DNA of 38,294 nt from the NCBI GenBank assembly GCA_016839585.1, contig JAEOTZ010000055.1, positions 1-38,294 on the forward strand. The letters run 5' to 3'. The notes under the pieces are model-generated. The model searched no databases and had not been told where the DNA came from. It worked only from the letters and a program-made list of their open reading frames with translations. The position numbers and the translations under genes were made by a program. Positions 37,764-38,294 of this stretch are shown piece after piece (position 1 is the stretch's first letter; each line of letters begins with the position of its first letter). The stretch comes from Promethearchaeota archaeon (lineage in GTDB: Archaea; Asgardarchaeota; Lokiarchaeia; Sigyniarchaeales; SOKP01).

Positions 37764-37828
37764 AAGATTTAAATTTAGTGAGGGGATTATATAACTACCT
37801 ATAAGGAATTTTATAAAAGATTCTATAA
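37764..37828 (+). promoter_or_regulatory. AAGATTTAAAT promoter plus triple 12-bp-spaced box
   Basis: TTTAAA at 37768; TATA 37800, 37812, 37824; aligns over about 65 bp with 35116-35181. Confidence 0.7.
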
Positions 37829-37881
37829 AAATCATGTTTTAATCAAACTACAGAATACTATAAAAATAGAGGTGTAAAAAA

Positions 37882-38013
37882 ATGGTTAAGAAAAAGAGAG
37901 AAAAGAAAAAGAAAGTGAAACAAGAAGAGAAAGAGGAAGTAAAGGAAGAAGTAAAAGAAGAAGAGAAAGAGGAAGAAAAAGAGGAAGAGAAGGAAGCAGA
38001 AAAAGAAGAATAA
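37882..38013 (+). CDS. 43-aa charge-segregated K/E-rich peptide (not in ORF track)
   Basis: MVKKKREKKKKVKQEEKEEVKEEVKEEEKEEEKEEEKEAEKEE; GAGGTG RBS at 37869-37874; TAATAA stop; own promoter. Confidence 0.65.
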   Translation: MVKKKREKKKKVKQEEKEEVKEEVKEEEKEEEKEEEKEAEKEE

Positions 38014-38294
38014 TAATTACTTAAATGTAAGTCAATTTAAATTTCTCTCATTGTTTCCGAATAATCCTTGATTTTTCCATAATCTTAGTAAATATCCTAA
38101 AAAAAATGATATTGCAATTTATTGAGTCAGATCCACAAAAATGTAAATGTTTGAATATTTGAATATATCTATAAAAATAGGGAAGAGAAATTTATTCTAA
38201 ATTAATTTGAGCTAGCATTGGATTTCGCCCTCTATTAAACTCTATTGAGTTTAATCTCTCCCTGGTATTTTTATGTCTGTTCAGATTTCTTTTC

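Noticed and set aside
1-38294. CRISPR array, tRNA/rRNA genes, transposases or integrases
   Set aside because: None recognised by eye; no regularly spaced long repeats or mobile-element ORFs were seen.

Overview
AT-rich (roughly 27-28% GC by eye) archaeal DNA, most consistent with an Asgard archaeon (Lokiarchaeia-like). It combines archaeal housekeeping genes (glyS, RecJ/Cdc45-like DHH protein, beta-CASP nuclease, archaemetzincin), H4MPT C1-pathway genes (ftr, mtd, mch) and an adenine/adenosine/MTA salvage trio with eukaryotic-signature proteins (Rag-like GTPase, roadblock protein, Rab-like GTPase, presenilin, LRR and TPR proteins). The main unannotated signal lies at 34-38 kb. Five intergenic regions share a 12-bp-periodic (YATA-N8)x2-3 box array, and in four of them it starts 32-36 bp downstream of a TTTAAA box. 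One array lies in front of an unannotated 58-aa orphan AbrB/MazE-fold protein, suggesting an undescribed local regulon. A second operator-like repeat (TGAAGT x4) precedes a tandem winged-helix/TPR protein. An about 51% GC island at 11451-11580 with a kink-turn is a candidate novel ncRNA. Several small ORFs missed by the ORF track are added. All product calls come from motif recognition only; no database search was run.
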